Shown: positions 6,987 through 16,185 of the stretch, in pieces
How positions within the stretch are numbered: position 1 is the stretch's first letter
How the letters are laid out: each line of letters starts with the position of its first letter
DNA from: a bacterium MnTg04
Lineage (GTDB): Bacteria; Pseudomonadota; Gammaproteobacteria; Steroidobacterales; MnTg04
Direction: 5' to 3'
DNA: 31,027 nucleotides
Assembly: GCA_008975185.1 (NCBI GenBank)
Contig: BFAU01000082.1
Location: 1-31,027, forward strand
Notes under the pieces: model-generated
Told to the model about the DNA's origin: nothing
Databases searched by the model: none
What the model saw: the letters and a program-made list of their open reading frames with translations, nothing else
Translations under genes and position numbers: made by a program

Positions 6987-7418
6987 ATGGAACGCAGTGA
7001 CCTGAGAAAAGCGGGACTCAAAGTAACCCTGCCGCGGCTGCGGATTTTGACCATCCTGGAAAGCAGCGCCCAGCGCCATATGAGTGCCGAGGATATCTAC
7101 AAATCGCTGCTGGAGTCAGGCGAGGATATTGGCCTGGCGACAGTTTATCGGGTTCTCACCCAGTTCCAGGCGGCCGGTCTTGTGTCGCGGCATAATTTCG
7201 ATGGCGGTCATTCTGTTTTTGAACTGGATACCGGCGATCATCACGATCACATCGTATGCAACGATTGTGGCCGCATCGAAGAATTCATGAACCCGGTTAT
7301 CGAAAACCGGCAGGAGGAGATCGCGAAGGAACACGGGTTCAGCCTGGTCGCACACTCGATGATTCTTTACGGTCGCTGCCTGAACCCCGACTGCCCGCAC
7401 CGGGTCAACAAAAATTAA
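6987..7418 (+). CDS. fur: Ferric uptake regulator
   Basis: LRKAGLKVTLPRLRIL, HMSAEDIY, GLATVYRVL, HHDHIVC..C; start ATG at 6987. Confidence 0.96.
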   Translation: MERSDLRKAGLKVTLPRLRILTILESSAQRHMSAEDIYKSLLESGEDIGLATVYRVLTQFQAAGLVSRHNFDGGHSVFELDTGDHHDHIVCNDCGRIEEFMNPVIENRQEEIAKEHGFSLVAHSMILYGRCLNPDCPHRVNKN

Positions 7419-7422
7419 TTGT

Positions 7423-9099
7423 TTATCCGCCGGCGGTCCGGGCGATCATTTCCCGGGCGTGTTCCCGGGTCTTGGTCGTGATATCCACGCCGCCGAGCAT
7501 GCGTGCGAGCTCTTCGACTTTTTCTTCGCCTTCGAGATGGCTGAGCGACGTTCGCGTGGCCTTGCCATCGGTAATTTTTATGATGCGCAGGTGCTGATGC
7601 GACTGGCTCGCCACCTGCGGCAGATGAGTTACGCACATCACCTGGTAACGCGCACCGAGTTTGCGCAGATGCCGCCCGACGATTTCCGCAACACCGCCCC
7701 CGATCCCGCTGTCTACCTCATCGAACACCAGGCTGGGGACCTGGCTGCTGTCGGCGAGAATCACCTGGACCGCCAGACTGATGCGGGAAAGCTCGCCGCC
7801 TGACGCTACCTTGCCGATCGCTTGTGCGGGTTGTCCCGGGTTGGCGGCGACCAGGAACTCGATGTCGTCCAGGCCTTTTGCCGAATAATACGATTCATTC
7901 ACTTCCGTCACCCGGCAAACAAAGCGGCCGCCGGGCATGCCGAGTTTCTGCATCACCGCGCTGACTTCGCCGCTAAGCTTGGTGGCGTTGCGAACCCTGA
8001 TTGCGGAAAGCTTTTTGGCAAACTCCAGGTAATTGCTTTTCGCCCGGGTGACTTCTTCGGTCAATTCTTCGAGCCGGCTTTCGGCATTCTCCAGGTTTTC
8101 CAACTCGGTCTGCATCGTTGCCAGGTGCGCCAGTAGCTGATGGGGTTCCAGCTTGTGCTTGCGCGCCAGTTCATGTGCGCTGTCGAGCCTGGATTCAACT
8201 TGTCGCTGCCTCTCGGGGTCGATTTCCATGCCATCGAGATAACGGCGCAGATCTTCGGCCGCTTCGGAAATCCTGATGTCCGCTTCGCCGATCATCTCCA
8301 ACGTCGCCTTGAGCGACGGATCGAGCTCCACCGCACCGCCTACGAGGCTGGCGGCCTGGGACACCAAAGACTGGGCGGATCCACTTTCGTCCTCATACAA
8401 GAACTGCAGTGCCTGTTGGGCTCTTTCCATCAGTTTGCCAGAATGCGCCAGTTTTTTTCGCTCGAGCTCGAGTTGCTCCAGTTCGCCGTCCTGCAGCGCC
8501 AGGGCATCGAGTTCGCGAACCTGGTATCGCAACAGGTCCAGCCGTGCTTCACGGTCTTTTTGCTGGTCCTGCAGTGAGCTCAGGTTCGCCGCCAGCGATT
8601 GCCAGTCGTCGTGGGAGCGCGCCACATCTTTGCTCAGGTCCGCATGGCCGCCATGGGTATCCAGCAATGCCATCTGGGTCGGTTTGCGGAGCAGCGACTG
8701 ATGCGCGTGCTGGCCATGAATATCGACCAGCTGCTCGCCGAGTTCGGTCAGCGACCGCAGCGGGACCGATTGGCCGTTGATAAAGGACTTCGAGCGGCCT
8801 TCGCGGCTGATTACCCGCCGCAATACGCATTCATCCTCGGAATCCAGGGCTTGCTCGCGCAACCAGGCGAGCGTGGGCGAGCCCCGGTCGATTTCAAAAC
8901 TCGCGGTAATCTCGGCTCGCTCGGCGCCATGGCGAACCGAGACGCCGTCTGCGCGGTCACCGAGCACCAGCCCCAACGCGCCGACCAGTATGGATTTGCC
9001 GGCGCCGGTCTCGCCGGTCAGTACGGTCATTCCCGGACTCAGCTCCAGTTCGGCTTCGTCGATGATCGCGAAGTTGCGAATTCTGATATAGCTCAGCAT
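7423..9099 (-). CDS. recN: DNA repair protein RecN
   Basis: TGETGAGKS Walker A, HGQH Q-loop, coiled coil, ASGGELSR signature, LVFDEVD Walker B, VTHLPQVA. Confidence 0.97.
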   Translation of the reverse strand: MLSYIRIRNFAIIDEAELELSPGMTVLTGETGAGKSILVGALGLVLGDRADGVSVRHGAERAEITASFEIDRGSPTLAWLREQALDSEDECVLRRVISREGRSKSFINGQSVPLRSLTELGEQLVDIHGQHAHQSLLRKPTQMALLDTHGGHADLSKDVARSHDDWQSLAANLSSLQDQQKDREARLDLLRYQVRELDALALQDGELEQLELERKKLAHSGKLMERAQQALQFLYEDESGSAQSLVSQAASLVGGAVELDPSLKATLEMIGEADIRISEAAEDLRRYLDGMEIDPERQRQVESRLDSAHELARKHKLEPHQLLAHLATMQTELENLENAESRLEELTEEVTRAKSNYLEFAKKLSAIRVRNATKLSGEVSAVMQKLGMPGGRFVCRVTEVNESYYSAKGLDDIEFLVAANPGQPAQAIGKVASGGELSRISLAVQVILADSSQVPSLVFDEVDSGIGGGVAEIVGRHLRKLGARYQVMCVTHLPQVASQSHQHLRIIKITDGKATRTSLSHLEGEEKVEELARMLGGVDITTKTREHAREMIARTAGG

Positions 9100-9106
9100 G
9101 GCGCGC

Positions 9107-10006
9107 TCAGGTCGTCGGCTCGCGGTTGCTCCGACTGCTGTCTCCCCAGCGCAGCTTGGATCGCAACATGCGGTAATAATCGTAATCGGCGGGATGAATC
9201 AGCGTCAGGCGGTGCTTGCTGGCGCGGATCGACAGCGTCTGGTTTTCGCCCATATTCCCAAGCAGATGGCCATCGCAAAAAATCGGCACGTTACCGCGCG
9301 GCGATCGCGCCAGCCGCAGACTGATAGCCGAGTTCGCGGGAATCACTATCGGCCGGTCGCTGAGCGTATGCGAGCAAACAGGAACCAGCAGCAGGGCATC
9401 GAGAGATGGTTGAATAATGGGTCCGCCGCAGGAAAGCGCATAAGCTGTCGAGCCGGTTGCGGTCGCGATGATCAGCCCATCGCCGGTGTGGGTGTTGACG
9501 TACTGGCCATCGACCGTGGTCTCTATATCGACCATGCGGCCGGTCTCCGAACGCTGAATGACCACATCGTTGAGCGCGTTTAAACTTTTCTCCTTCGCTC
9601 CGCTACTCAAGGAGACCTCCAGGTACAGCCGCTGGTCCTCCTGGTAATTGCCGGCCAGCACCTCGTCTACCTTCGGGAGCATGTCGGCTTGACCGATATC
9701 GGCCAGAAAGCCGAGCCGGCCGCGATTGATGCCAAGCACCGGCGTCCTACTGCCGGCGACCAGCGAAGCCGCGTCCAGCATGGTTCCATCGCCGCCGATG
9801 GCGATCAAAAGGTCGGCGGTCGCAGCGAGCTTTTCCGGGTCGCATGCCTGCGCGCCCGGCAATTCGATTTTCCCGGCGGTCGCCGCCGGTAGCAGTACTT
9901 CGTGACCGGCTGCCAACAGGTGCGCACCCAGCGCCACCATGGCCTTGGCTTCGGCGCTCTCCCGATGTTTGCCGACCAGCGCGATTTTCCGGAATTTCTT
10001 GTTCAT
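9107..10006 (-). CDS. nadK: NAD(+) kinase
   Basis: IGGDGTML, GINRGRLGFL, ALNDVV, GDGLIIATATGSTAYALSCGGP. Confidence 0.96.
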   Translation of the reverse strand: MNKKFRKIALVGKHRESAEAKAMVALGAHLLAAGHEVLLPAATAGKIELPGAQACDPEKLAATADLLIAIGGDGTMLDAASLVAGSRTPVLGINRGRLGFLADIGQADMLPKVDEVLAGNYQEDQRLYLEVSLSSGAKEKSLNALNDVVIQRSETGRMVDIETTVDGQYVNTHTGDGLIIATATGSTAYALSCGGPIIQPSLDALLLVPVCSHTLSDRPIVIPANSAISLRLARSPRGNVPIFCDGHLLGNMGENQTLSIRASKHRLTLIHPADYDYYRMLRSKLRWGDSSRSNREPTT

Positions 10007-10081
10007 ATCGGTTCCGCGCTTTGTAGCACGTTGCTGATTTTGTGGCCAGAGCCGGGTCCGTCACGGCCGGCCGGATTAAGC

Positions 10082-10111
10082 TTGACAGCCCGTTCGGCGC
10101 ATTGATAGGTT
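10082..10111 (+). promoter_or_regulatory. Putative sigma70 promoter of hrcA
   Basis: TTGACA (10082-10087), 18 nt, TG-n-TAGGTT extended -10. Confidence 0.45.
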
Positions 10112-10143
10112 CGTCTGACATTCCCACTGAGTCAAGACCGGTG

Positions 10144-11202
10144 ATGACCTCGGCAAAGCACGACGAATTACCCAATGAACGCGCACGCCAGCTCTTGAAG
10201 GTTCTGGTCGAACGGTATATCGAAAAAGGTCTGCCGGTCGGTTCGCGAACGCTGGCCAAAGGGTCGGGCATGGATCTCAGTCCGGCGACGATTCGCAACG
10301 TCATGGCCGATCTCGAAGACCATGGATTCATCGTCGCGCCCCATACCTCGGCCGGCCGCGTGCCCACGCAGAAAGGTTACCGCCTGTTCGTGGATACCCT
10401 GGTCAAACTCAAGCCGCCGACCGGCAAAGAAATCCATAGCCTGGAAGAACAACTCTCCGGGCGTTGTGAAGACATCAAAAGCCTGGTGGAGTCCGCGAGT
10501 TCCCTTTTGTCGAGCCTGACCCACCTGGCCGGTATCGTTACCGTGCCACGGCAGCCTCATCCGGCTTTGAGTCAGATCGAGTTTCTCCCGCTGTCCGATC
10601 GCCGGGTTCTCGCGATCATGGTGGTTAATAATGAGGAGGTGCAGAACCGCATTCTCCACCTAGAACGGGATTTTTCGGCGGACGAATTGCGTCAGGCCGC
10701 CAATTACCTGAACCAGGAATTTGCCGGTCGTGAACTGGACGATGTGCGCCGGGGACTCTTGGCAAAGCTGCAGGAAACCCGTGCAAACATGAACCAGCTG
10801 ATGGCCGACGCGATCCAGATCGCCAGTGCGGCCTTGAGCCCGGAGGAGAGTGATCAAAACGCTTACATACTGGCGGGCCAGACCAACCTGATGGATATTG
10901 CGGATCTTTCCAACGTGGACAAGTTGCGGGAGCTGTTCGACGGCTTCACGCGTCAGCGGGACATCCTGCATTTGCTGGATCAAAGCCTGGCGGCAGGCGG
11001 CGTACAGATATTCATCGGTCAGGAGTCCGGTTATCGCATGCTCGACGAATGCAGCCTGGTGGCGGCGCCATACGAGGTGAATCGTGAAGTGGTTGGCGTA
11101 CTCGCCGTTATCGGTCCAACCCGGATGGCCTACGAGCGTATCATTCCGATCGTGGATGTGACCGCCAAATTGCTGGGTTCCGCCTTGAACTCCAGGTTCT
11201 GA
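10144..11202 (+). CDS. hrcA: Heat-inducible transcription repressor HrcA
   Basis: PVGSRTLA..S.MDLSPATIRNVMADLE..G.IVAPHTSAGRVPTQKGYRLFVD; IGPTRMAYE; start set to ATG 10144 (GTG 10141 also possible). Confidence 0.96.
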   Translation: MTSAKHDELPNERARQLLKVLVERYIEKGLPVGSRTLAKGSGMDLSPATIRNVMADLEDHGFIVAPHTSAGRVPTQKGYRLFVDTLVKLKPPTGKEIHSLEEQLSGRCEDIKSLVESASSLLSSLTHLAGIVTVPRQPHPALSQIEFLPLSDRRVLAIMVVNNEEVQNRILHLERDFSADELRQAANYLNQEFAGRELDDVRRGLLAKLQETRANMNQLMADAIQIASAALSPEESDQNAYILAGQTNLMDIADLSNVDKLRELFDGFTRQRDILHLLDQSLAAGGVQIFIGQESGYRMLDECSLVAAPYEVNREVVGVLAVIGPTRMAYERIIPIVDVTAKLLGSALNSRF

Positions 11203-11210
11203 ACCCCATA
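11184..11210 (+). promoter_or_regulatory. Sigma32 (RpoH) promoter of grpE
   Basis: CTTGAA (11184-11189), 14 nt, CCCCATA (11204-11210): matches the sigma32 consensus and precedes a classic heat-shock gene. Confidence 0.8.
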
Positions 11211-11276
11211 ATCGATTCGCGATCCATGACCGGCCGGGAGGCCTGTGACGCATTTTTCAATCCGGAGCGGGAACAG

Positions 11277-11870
11277 ATGAGTACAGACCAGAAACAGCCT
11301 GATGGAGTGGCGGATCCGGAAAACGCAGCGGCGGACGAGCAGGGCCCGAAGCAGGATGCGTCTGCGGAACCGCCCCTGATGACCGAGGCGGAGCGCGAGC
11401 TGGCCGAGGCCCGGGACAAGGCGGAAGAGAACTGGGAACTTTATCTGCGCACCGCGGCAGAGTTGGAAAATGTCCGCAAGCGCAGTCAACGGGAAATAGA
11501 AAACGCGCGCCGTTACGGTATCGACCGATTCGCACAGGAATTGCTGGCGGTAGGGGACAGCCTGGAAAAGGGGCTCGAAGCGGCCAGCGAGGAACCCAGC
11601 GTGGAGATCCTGATGGCGGGCAAGGAGGCCACGCTCAAGCAGCTCAAACAGTTGCTGGAACGATTCAGCATCGTTGAACTGAACCCGCTGGGCGAGGAAT
11701 TCGACCCTGAATTGCACGAAGCGATGACCACCCAGCCCAGTGAGGAATACCAGCCGGGACAGGTCATGGCGGTGATCCAGAAAGGCTACCGCATTCATGA
11801 CCGGCTGCTCAGGCCGGCACAGGTAATCATTGCTGCGGAGGCCGAAAATCCGGAAGCGGGAAACTCTTGA
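11277..11870 (+). CDS. grpE: Nucleotide exchange factor GrpE
   Basis: YLRTAAELENVRKR, FAQELLAVGDSLE, FDPELHEAM, QKGYRIHDRLLRPAQV. ATG 11277 has a GGAG RBS; 11226 is an alternative start. Confidence 0.96.
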   Translation: MSTDQKQPDGVADPENAAADEQGPKQDASAEPPLMTEAERELAEARDKAEENWELYLRTAAELENVRKRSQREIENARRYGIDRFAQELLAVGDSLEKGLEAASEEPSVEILMAGKEATLKQLKQLLERFSIVELNPLGEEFDPELHEAMTTQPSEEYQPGQVMAVIQKGYRIHDRLLRPAQVIIAAEAENPEAGNS

Positions 11871-11893
11871 AGTTTTGCCGGCCGGCACCATTT
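11866..11893 (+). promoter_or_regulatory. Sigma32 (RpoH) promoter of dnaK
   Basis: CTTGAA (11866-11871), 14 nt, CACCATTT (11886-11893). Confidence 0.75.
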
Positions 11894-11935
11894 ACAGCGG
11901 TAATCGGTTTTTAAGAATTTTTTTGGAGAGATCTA

Positions 11936-13876
11936 ATGGGCAAGGTAATTGGCATAGACCTGGGAACCACGAACTCGTGCGTGGCCGTCATGGACGGCAA
12001 GAACCCCAAGGTTATTGAAAACAGCGAGGGTGACCGCACGACCCCGTCGGTGGTGGCGTTTACCAAGGACGACGAAGTCCTGGTGGGCCAGGCGGCGAAA
12101 CGGCAGGCGGTAACCAACCCGGTCAACACCTTGTTTGCGGTCAAGCGGTTGATCGGCCGCAGGTACAAAGACGAAGTCGTGCGCCGTGATATGGACATGG
12201 TGCCGTATAAGATTGTCGAAGCAGACAACGGCGATGCCTGGGTAGAAGCCAACGGCAAAAAGATGGCGGCGCCGGAAATATCCGCCAGGATCCTGATGAA
12301 AATGAAGCAGACCGCCGAGGATTACTTGGGCGAGAAGGTGACCGAGGCGGTCATTACAGTCCCGGCCTATTTCAATGATTCGCAGCGTCAGGCGACCAAG
12401 GACGCCGGCAAAATCGCCGGCCTGGAAGTCAAGCGCATCATCAACGAGCCAACCGCGGCCGCGCTTGCTTATGGCATGGACAAACAGCGCGGGGATCGCA
12501 AGATAGCGGTCTACGATCTCGGTGGCGGCACCTTCGATATCTCGATCATCGAGATCGCGGTCGTCGATGGCGAGCACCAGTTTGAAGTACTCGCCACCAA
12601 CGGCGATACCTTTCTCGGTGGCGAGGATTTCGATCTTCGAGTGATCGAATACCTGGCGGACGCGTTCAAGAAGGAAAGCGGTGTCGATGTCCGTCAGGAT
12701 CCGCTGGCGATGCAGCGCCTCAAGGAGGCGGCGGAGAAAGCCAAGATCGAGTTGTCTTCAGCGCAGCAGACCGAAATCAATCTGCCGTATATCACGGCGG
12801 ATGCCAGCGGTCCCAAGCATCTGAACATCAAGATGACGCGGGCGAAACTCGAATCGCTGGTCGGAGAATTGATAAAACGTACCATTGGTCCGTGCAAGAT
12901 CGCGCTCAAAGACGCCGGTTTGTCGGCCAGGGAAATTGACGACGTGATCCTGGTCGGTGGCCAGACCCGCATGCCGAAGGTTCAGGAGGCAGTGAAAGAG
13001 TTCTTTGGCAAGGAGCCCCGCAAGGACGTCAACGCGGACGAGGCGGTTGCCGTGGGTGCGGCCATCCAGGCCGGCGTTCTGGCTGGCGATGTCACGGATG
13101 TCTTGCTGCTCGATGTGACGCCGCTGTCGCTGGGCATCGAAACGCTGGGTGGCGTGCTGACGCGGTTGATCGACAAAAATACGACGATTCCGACCAAGGC
13201 CAACCAGGTGTTTTCGACTGCCGATGACAATCAGACTGCGGTAACGATTCATGTTCTGCAGGGCGAGCGTGAGCGCGCGGTCGACAACAAATCGCTGGGT
13301 CGATTCGATTTGTCGGATATCCCTCCATCGCCGCGAGGCCTGCCGCAGATCGATGTAACTTTCGACATCGACGCCAACGGTATTCTGAATGTATCGGCCA
13401 AGGACAAGGCGACCGGCAAGGAGCAAAAGATTGTCATCAAGGCGTCGAGCGGCCTTGCCGAGGATGAAATCGAGAAAATGGTCTCCGATGCCGAAACGCA
13501 TGCCGAAGAAGACCGGAAATTCCGCGAACTGGTCAATGCCAGGAACCAGGCCGACGGCCTGGTGCATGCGACGGAAAAGTCCCTTGAGGACCTGGCCGAC
13601 AAGGTCGAGGCAGACGAGAAAGAAAAGATCGAAGCGGCGATCAAGGACCTCAAGGAGGTGCTCGACGGTGACGATTTGGAAGCCATCGAAAATGGCGCGA
13701 AAGCCCTGGCCGAAGCATCTTCTCCGTTGATGCAAAGAGTTTACGAAGAACAGGTCAAGGAGGCGGCAGCCGAACAATCGCAGGCCGGTGACGGCAGCGA
13801 TGCAACGGCGGATGAGGATGTCGTCGACGCCGAGTTCGAGGAAGTGAAGGACGAGGAGTCCAAAAAGGACGATTGA
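11936..13876 (+). CDS. dnaK: Chaperone DnaK (Hsp70)
   Basis: [37 protein letters not shown], acidic DAEFEEV tail. Confidence 0.99.
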   Translation: MGKVIGIDLGTTNSCVAVMDGKNPKVIENSEGDRTTPSVVAFTKDDEVLVGQAAKRQAVTNPVNTLFAVKRLIGRRYKDEVVRRDMDMVPYKIVEADNGDAWVEANGKKMAAPEISARILMKMKQTAEDYLGEKVTEAVITVPAYFNDSQRQATKDAGKIAGLEVKRIINEPTAAALAYGMDKQRGDRKIAVYDLGGGTFDISIIEIAVVDGEHQFEVLATNGDTFLGGEDFDLRVIEYLADAFKKESGVDVRQDPLAMQRLKEAAEKAKIELSSAQQTEINLPYITADASGPKHLNIKMTRAKLESLVGELIKRTIGPCKIALKDAGLSAREIDDVILVGGQTRMPKVQEAVKEFFGKEPRKDVNADEAVAVGAAIQAGVLAGDVTDVLLLDVTPLSLGIETLGGVLTRLIDKNTTIPTKANQVFSTADDNQTAVTIHVLQGERERAVDNKSLGRFDLSDIPPSPRGLPQIDVTFDIDANGILNVSAKDKATGKEQKIVIKASSGLAEDEIEKMVSDAETHAEEDRKFRELVNARNQADGLVHATEKSLEDLADKVEADEKEKIEAAIKDLKEVLDGDDLEAIENGAKALAEASSPLMQRVYEEQVKEAAAEQSQAGDGSDATADEDVVDAEFEEVKDEESKKDD

Positions 13877-14004
13877 TCCATCGGTGACCGCGATGGTCGC
13901 ATATTGCCTTGCAGGATCGACGGGCTGTCGGCTGGAAACGGCCGGCAGCCTTGTCTGTATTCGCCGGGCACGCAGGCATCGGCGAATGGACCACGGGAAG
14001 CAGA

Positions 14005-15135
14005 ATGAGTAAACGGGATTATTACGAGACTCTTGCTGTTGAACGCGGCGCATCGGCGGCCGAGATCAAGAAGGCCTATCGCCGCCTCGCGATGAAACAT
14101 CATCCCGACCGCAATCCCGACAATGACGAGGCCGAAGCGCATTTCAAGGAAGCTAAGGAAGCCTACGAAGTCCTCAGCAATGAGCGCAAGCGGGCCGCCT
14201 ATGATCAGTTCGGTCATGCCGGTCTGGGTGGTGGGGCAGGCGCCGGCGGGTTCAACCCCGGCGATAGGTTCAGCGATATTTTCGGCGATGTCTTCGGCGA
14301 CATATTCGGCGGTGGGCGGCGCGGTGGCCGTCACCAGGTATTCCGCGGCGCCGACCTTCGCTATCAACTCGACCTCGATCTTGAGCAAGCGGTTTTTGGC
14401 GACGATGTCGAAGTCAGTTACTCGACGCTGAGCGAGTGCGAGCGTTGTCACGGTAGTGGCGCGAGGTTAGGCTCGGAACCGCAGACCTGCCCGTCCTGTG
14501 GCGGCCATGGGCAGGTCCGCATGTCGCAGGGCATGTTTTCCATACAGCAGACTTGTCCGCAGTGTCGCGGCACCGGCCAGCAAATCCTCGACCCCTGTGA
14601 TGGGTGTGCCGGAAGAGGGCGCGTCAGCAAACGCAGGACCTTGTCCGTGAAAGTGCCTGCCGGCGTGGACACCGGCGATAGAATCAGGCTGTCCGGCGAA
14701 GGCGAAGCCGGGCGCAATGGCGGGCCCGCGGGCGATCTTTATGTCGAAGTCCGGGTTCGCGCTCACGAGATTTTCGAGCGTGACGGTGCCCACCTGCATT
14801 GCGAGATACCGATCGGCATGGCGACCGCGTTGCTGGGAGACACCGTCGAGGTTCCCACGCTGGCTGGCGAAGTATCCCTGAAGATTCCAGCCGGAACGCA
14901 ATCCGCCAAGGTTTTCCGCTTGCGTGGCAAGGGCGCCGCCCCGGTCCGCGGTGGACCGGCCGGCGATTTGTTCTGCAAGGTCAAGCTTGAGACGCCGGTC
15001 AACCTGACCGACGAGCAACAGGAAATGGTGCGCCGACTCGAAAAGAGCCTGCACGCCGGTGGCAAACGTCATCATCCCTATTCCCGTTCCTGGCTGGACA
15101 GGGTAAAAAAGTTTTTTGACAAGCTTGGAGCCTGA
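14005..15135 (+). CDS. dnaJ: Chaperone DnaJ
   Basis: J domain with HPD, G/F region, four CxxCxGxG repeats; start at MSKRDYY (14005). Confidence 0.98.
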   Translation: MSKRDYYETLAVERGASAAEIKKAYRRLAMKHHPDRNPDNDEAEAHFKEAKEAYEVLSNERKRAAYDQFGHAGLGGGAGAGGFNPGDRFSDIFGDVFGDIFGGGRRGGRHQVFRGADLRYQLDLDLEQAVFGDDVEVSYSTLSECERCHGSGARLGSEPQTCPSCGGHGQVRMSQGMFSIQQTCPQCRGTGQQILDPCDGCAGRGRVSKRRTLSVKVPAGVDTGDRIRLSGEGEAGRNGGPAGDLYVEVRVRAHEIFERDGAHLHCEIPIGMATALLGDTVEVPTLAGEVSLKIPAGTQSAKVFRLRGKGAAPVRGGPAGDLFCKVKLETPVNLTDEQQEMVRRLEKSLHAGGKRHHPYSRSWLDRVKKFFDKLGA

Positions 15136-15136
15136 G

Positions 15137-15952
15137 ATGGGTAGTGCCCGCATGAAAGTCGCAATACTGGGAGCAAGTGGCCGGATGGGCCAGGCTTTGC
15201 TTGGTGCCCTGCGTCAGTCGACCGATCTGGAACTTGGCGGCGCGCTGGTCAGCCCGGACAATGGGCAGATAGGGCAGGACGCGGGTGCCGGTCTGGGTTG
15301 GCGCAGCGGGGTGAAATACAGCGCCGGGTTGGCGGAGGTCCTGGCGCATGCCGAGGTCGCCATCGATGTAACTTTGCCGGCGGCCAGCGCGGATATTATT
15401 GCGGCATGCCGATCGTCGGGGTGCCCGCTGGTGATCGGTACCAGCGGCCTGGGCGCCGAGCAACGCGGCGCGATAGCGGACGCCGCAAATTCGATTGCGA
15501 TATTGCCCGCGGCGAATTTCAGTATTGCCATGACCTTGATGATGGGCATGGCGCGAGAAGCGACTGCCAGGCTGGGGCCGGCCTGGCAGGTCGATATCCT
15601 GGAAACCCATCACCAGCATAAGCTCGACCGGCCTTCGGGTACCGCGCTCGCCTTGGCGGAAATCATCGCCGGGGAGCGCGGCAAAACACTGGCCGAGACA
15701 CTCGAGTGCATCGAAAACGGCGGGGGACGCAAGGATCCCGGCAGCATCGCAATCCAGTCGGTGCGCAGCGGAGAAGTCGCCGGCGAGCATACGGTCACTT
15801 TTGGCGAGGGCTCGGAGACGCTCGAATTGGTGCATCGCGCGGGCAGCCGGGCGGCTTTCGCCCGCGGAGCCTTATTGGCCGCCGCCTGGCTGGCGCCGCA
15901 AGACCCCGGTCTTTACCGGATGGAGCAAGTCCTGGCGGACAAGCACAGATAG
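15137..15952 (+). CDS. dapB: 4-hydroxy-tetrahydrodipicolinate reductase
   Basis: VAILGASGRMG, LVIGTSG, AANFS, ETHHQHKLDRPSGTA, VAGEHTV; GGAG RBS before ATG 15137. Confidence 0.95.
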   Translation: MGSARMKVAILGASGRMGQALLGALRQSTDLELGGALVSPDNGQIGQDAGAGLGWRSGVKYSAGLAEVLAHAEVAIDVTLPAASADIIAACRSSGCPLVIGTSGLGAEQRGAIADAANSIAILPAANFSIAMTLMMGMAREATARLGPAWQVDILETHHQHKLDRPSGTALALAEIIAGERGKTLAETLECIENGGGRKDPGSIAIQSVRSGEVAGEHTVTFGEGSETLELVHRAGSRAAFARGALLAAAWLAPQDPGLYRMEQVLADKHR

Positions 15953-15954
15953 CA

Positions 15955-15983
15955 TGGACACCCGCGAGCCGGCTGAGTACAAT
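15955..15983 (+). promoter_or_regulatory. Putative sigma70 promoter of carAB
   Basis: TGGACA (15955-15960), 17 nt, TACAAT (15978-15983). Confidence 0.65.
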
Positions 15984-16185
15984 TTAGCTGCCAGGCAAGT
16001 TACGGGTGCCCGGTAAGCGGGAGGGGTCCGGTTCGGATTCATCCCGCTTAACTTATGTGGAACTTTTATTTTAAAAACAACTAGTTAGTGCAAATAATTA
16101 AAGTCTTTTCTCGACACCTGAACCCGGCCACCGGGAGAGAAAGACGCTATTTGTGGCTGCAGATCTGCGGCGGGGGAACCGGATC

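Noticed and set aside
12758-14053. Long antisense ORFs opposite dnaK (431 aa and 214 aa at 11933-12577)
   Set aside because: Antisense open frames opposite hsp70 genes are a known by-product of codon bias in GC-rich genomes; no independent motifs or RBS.
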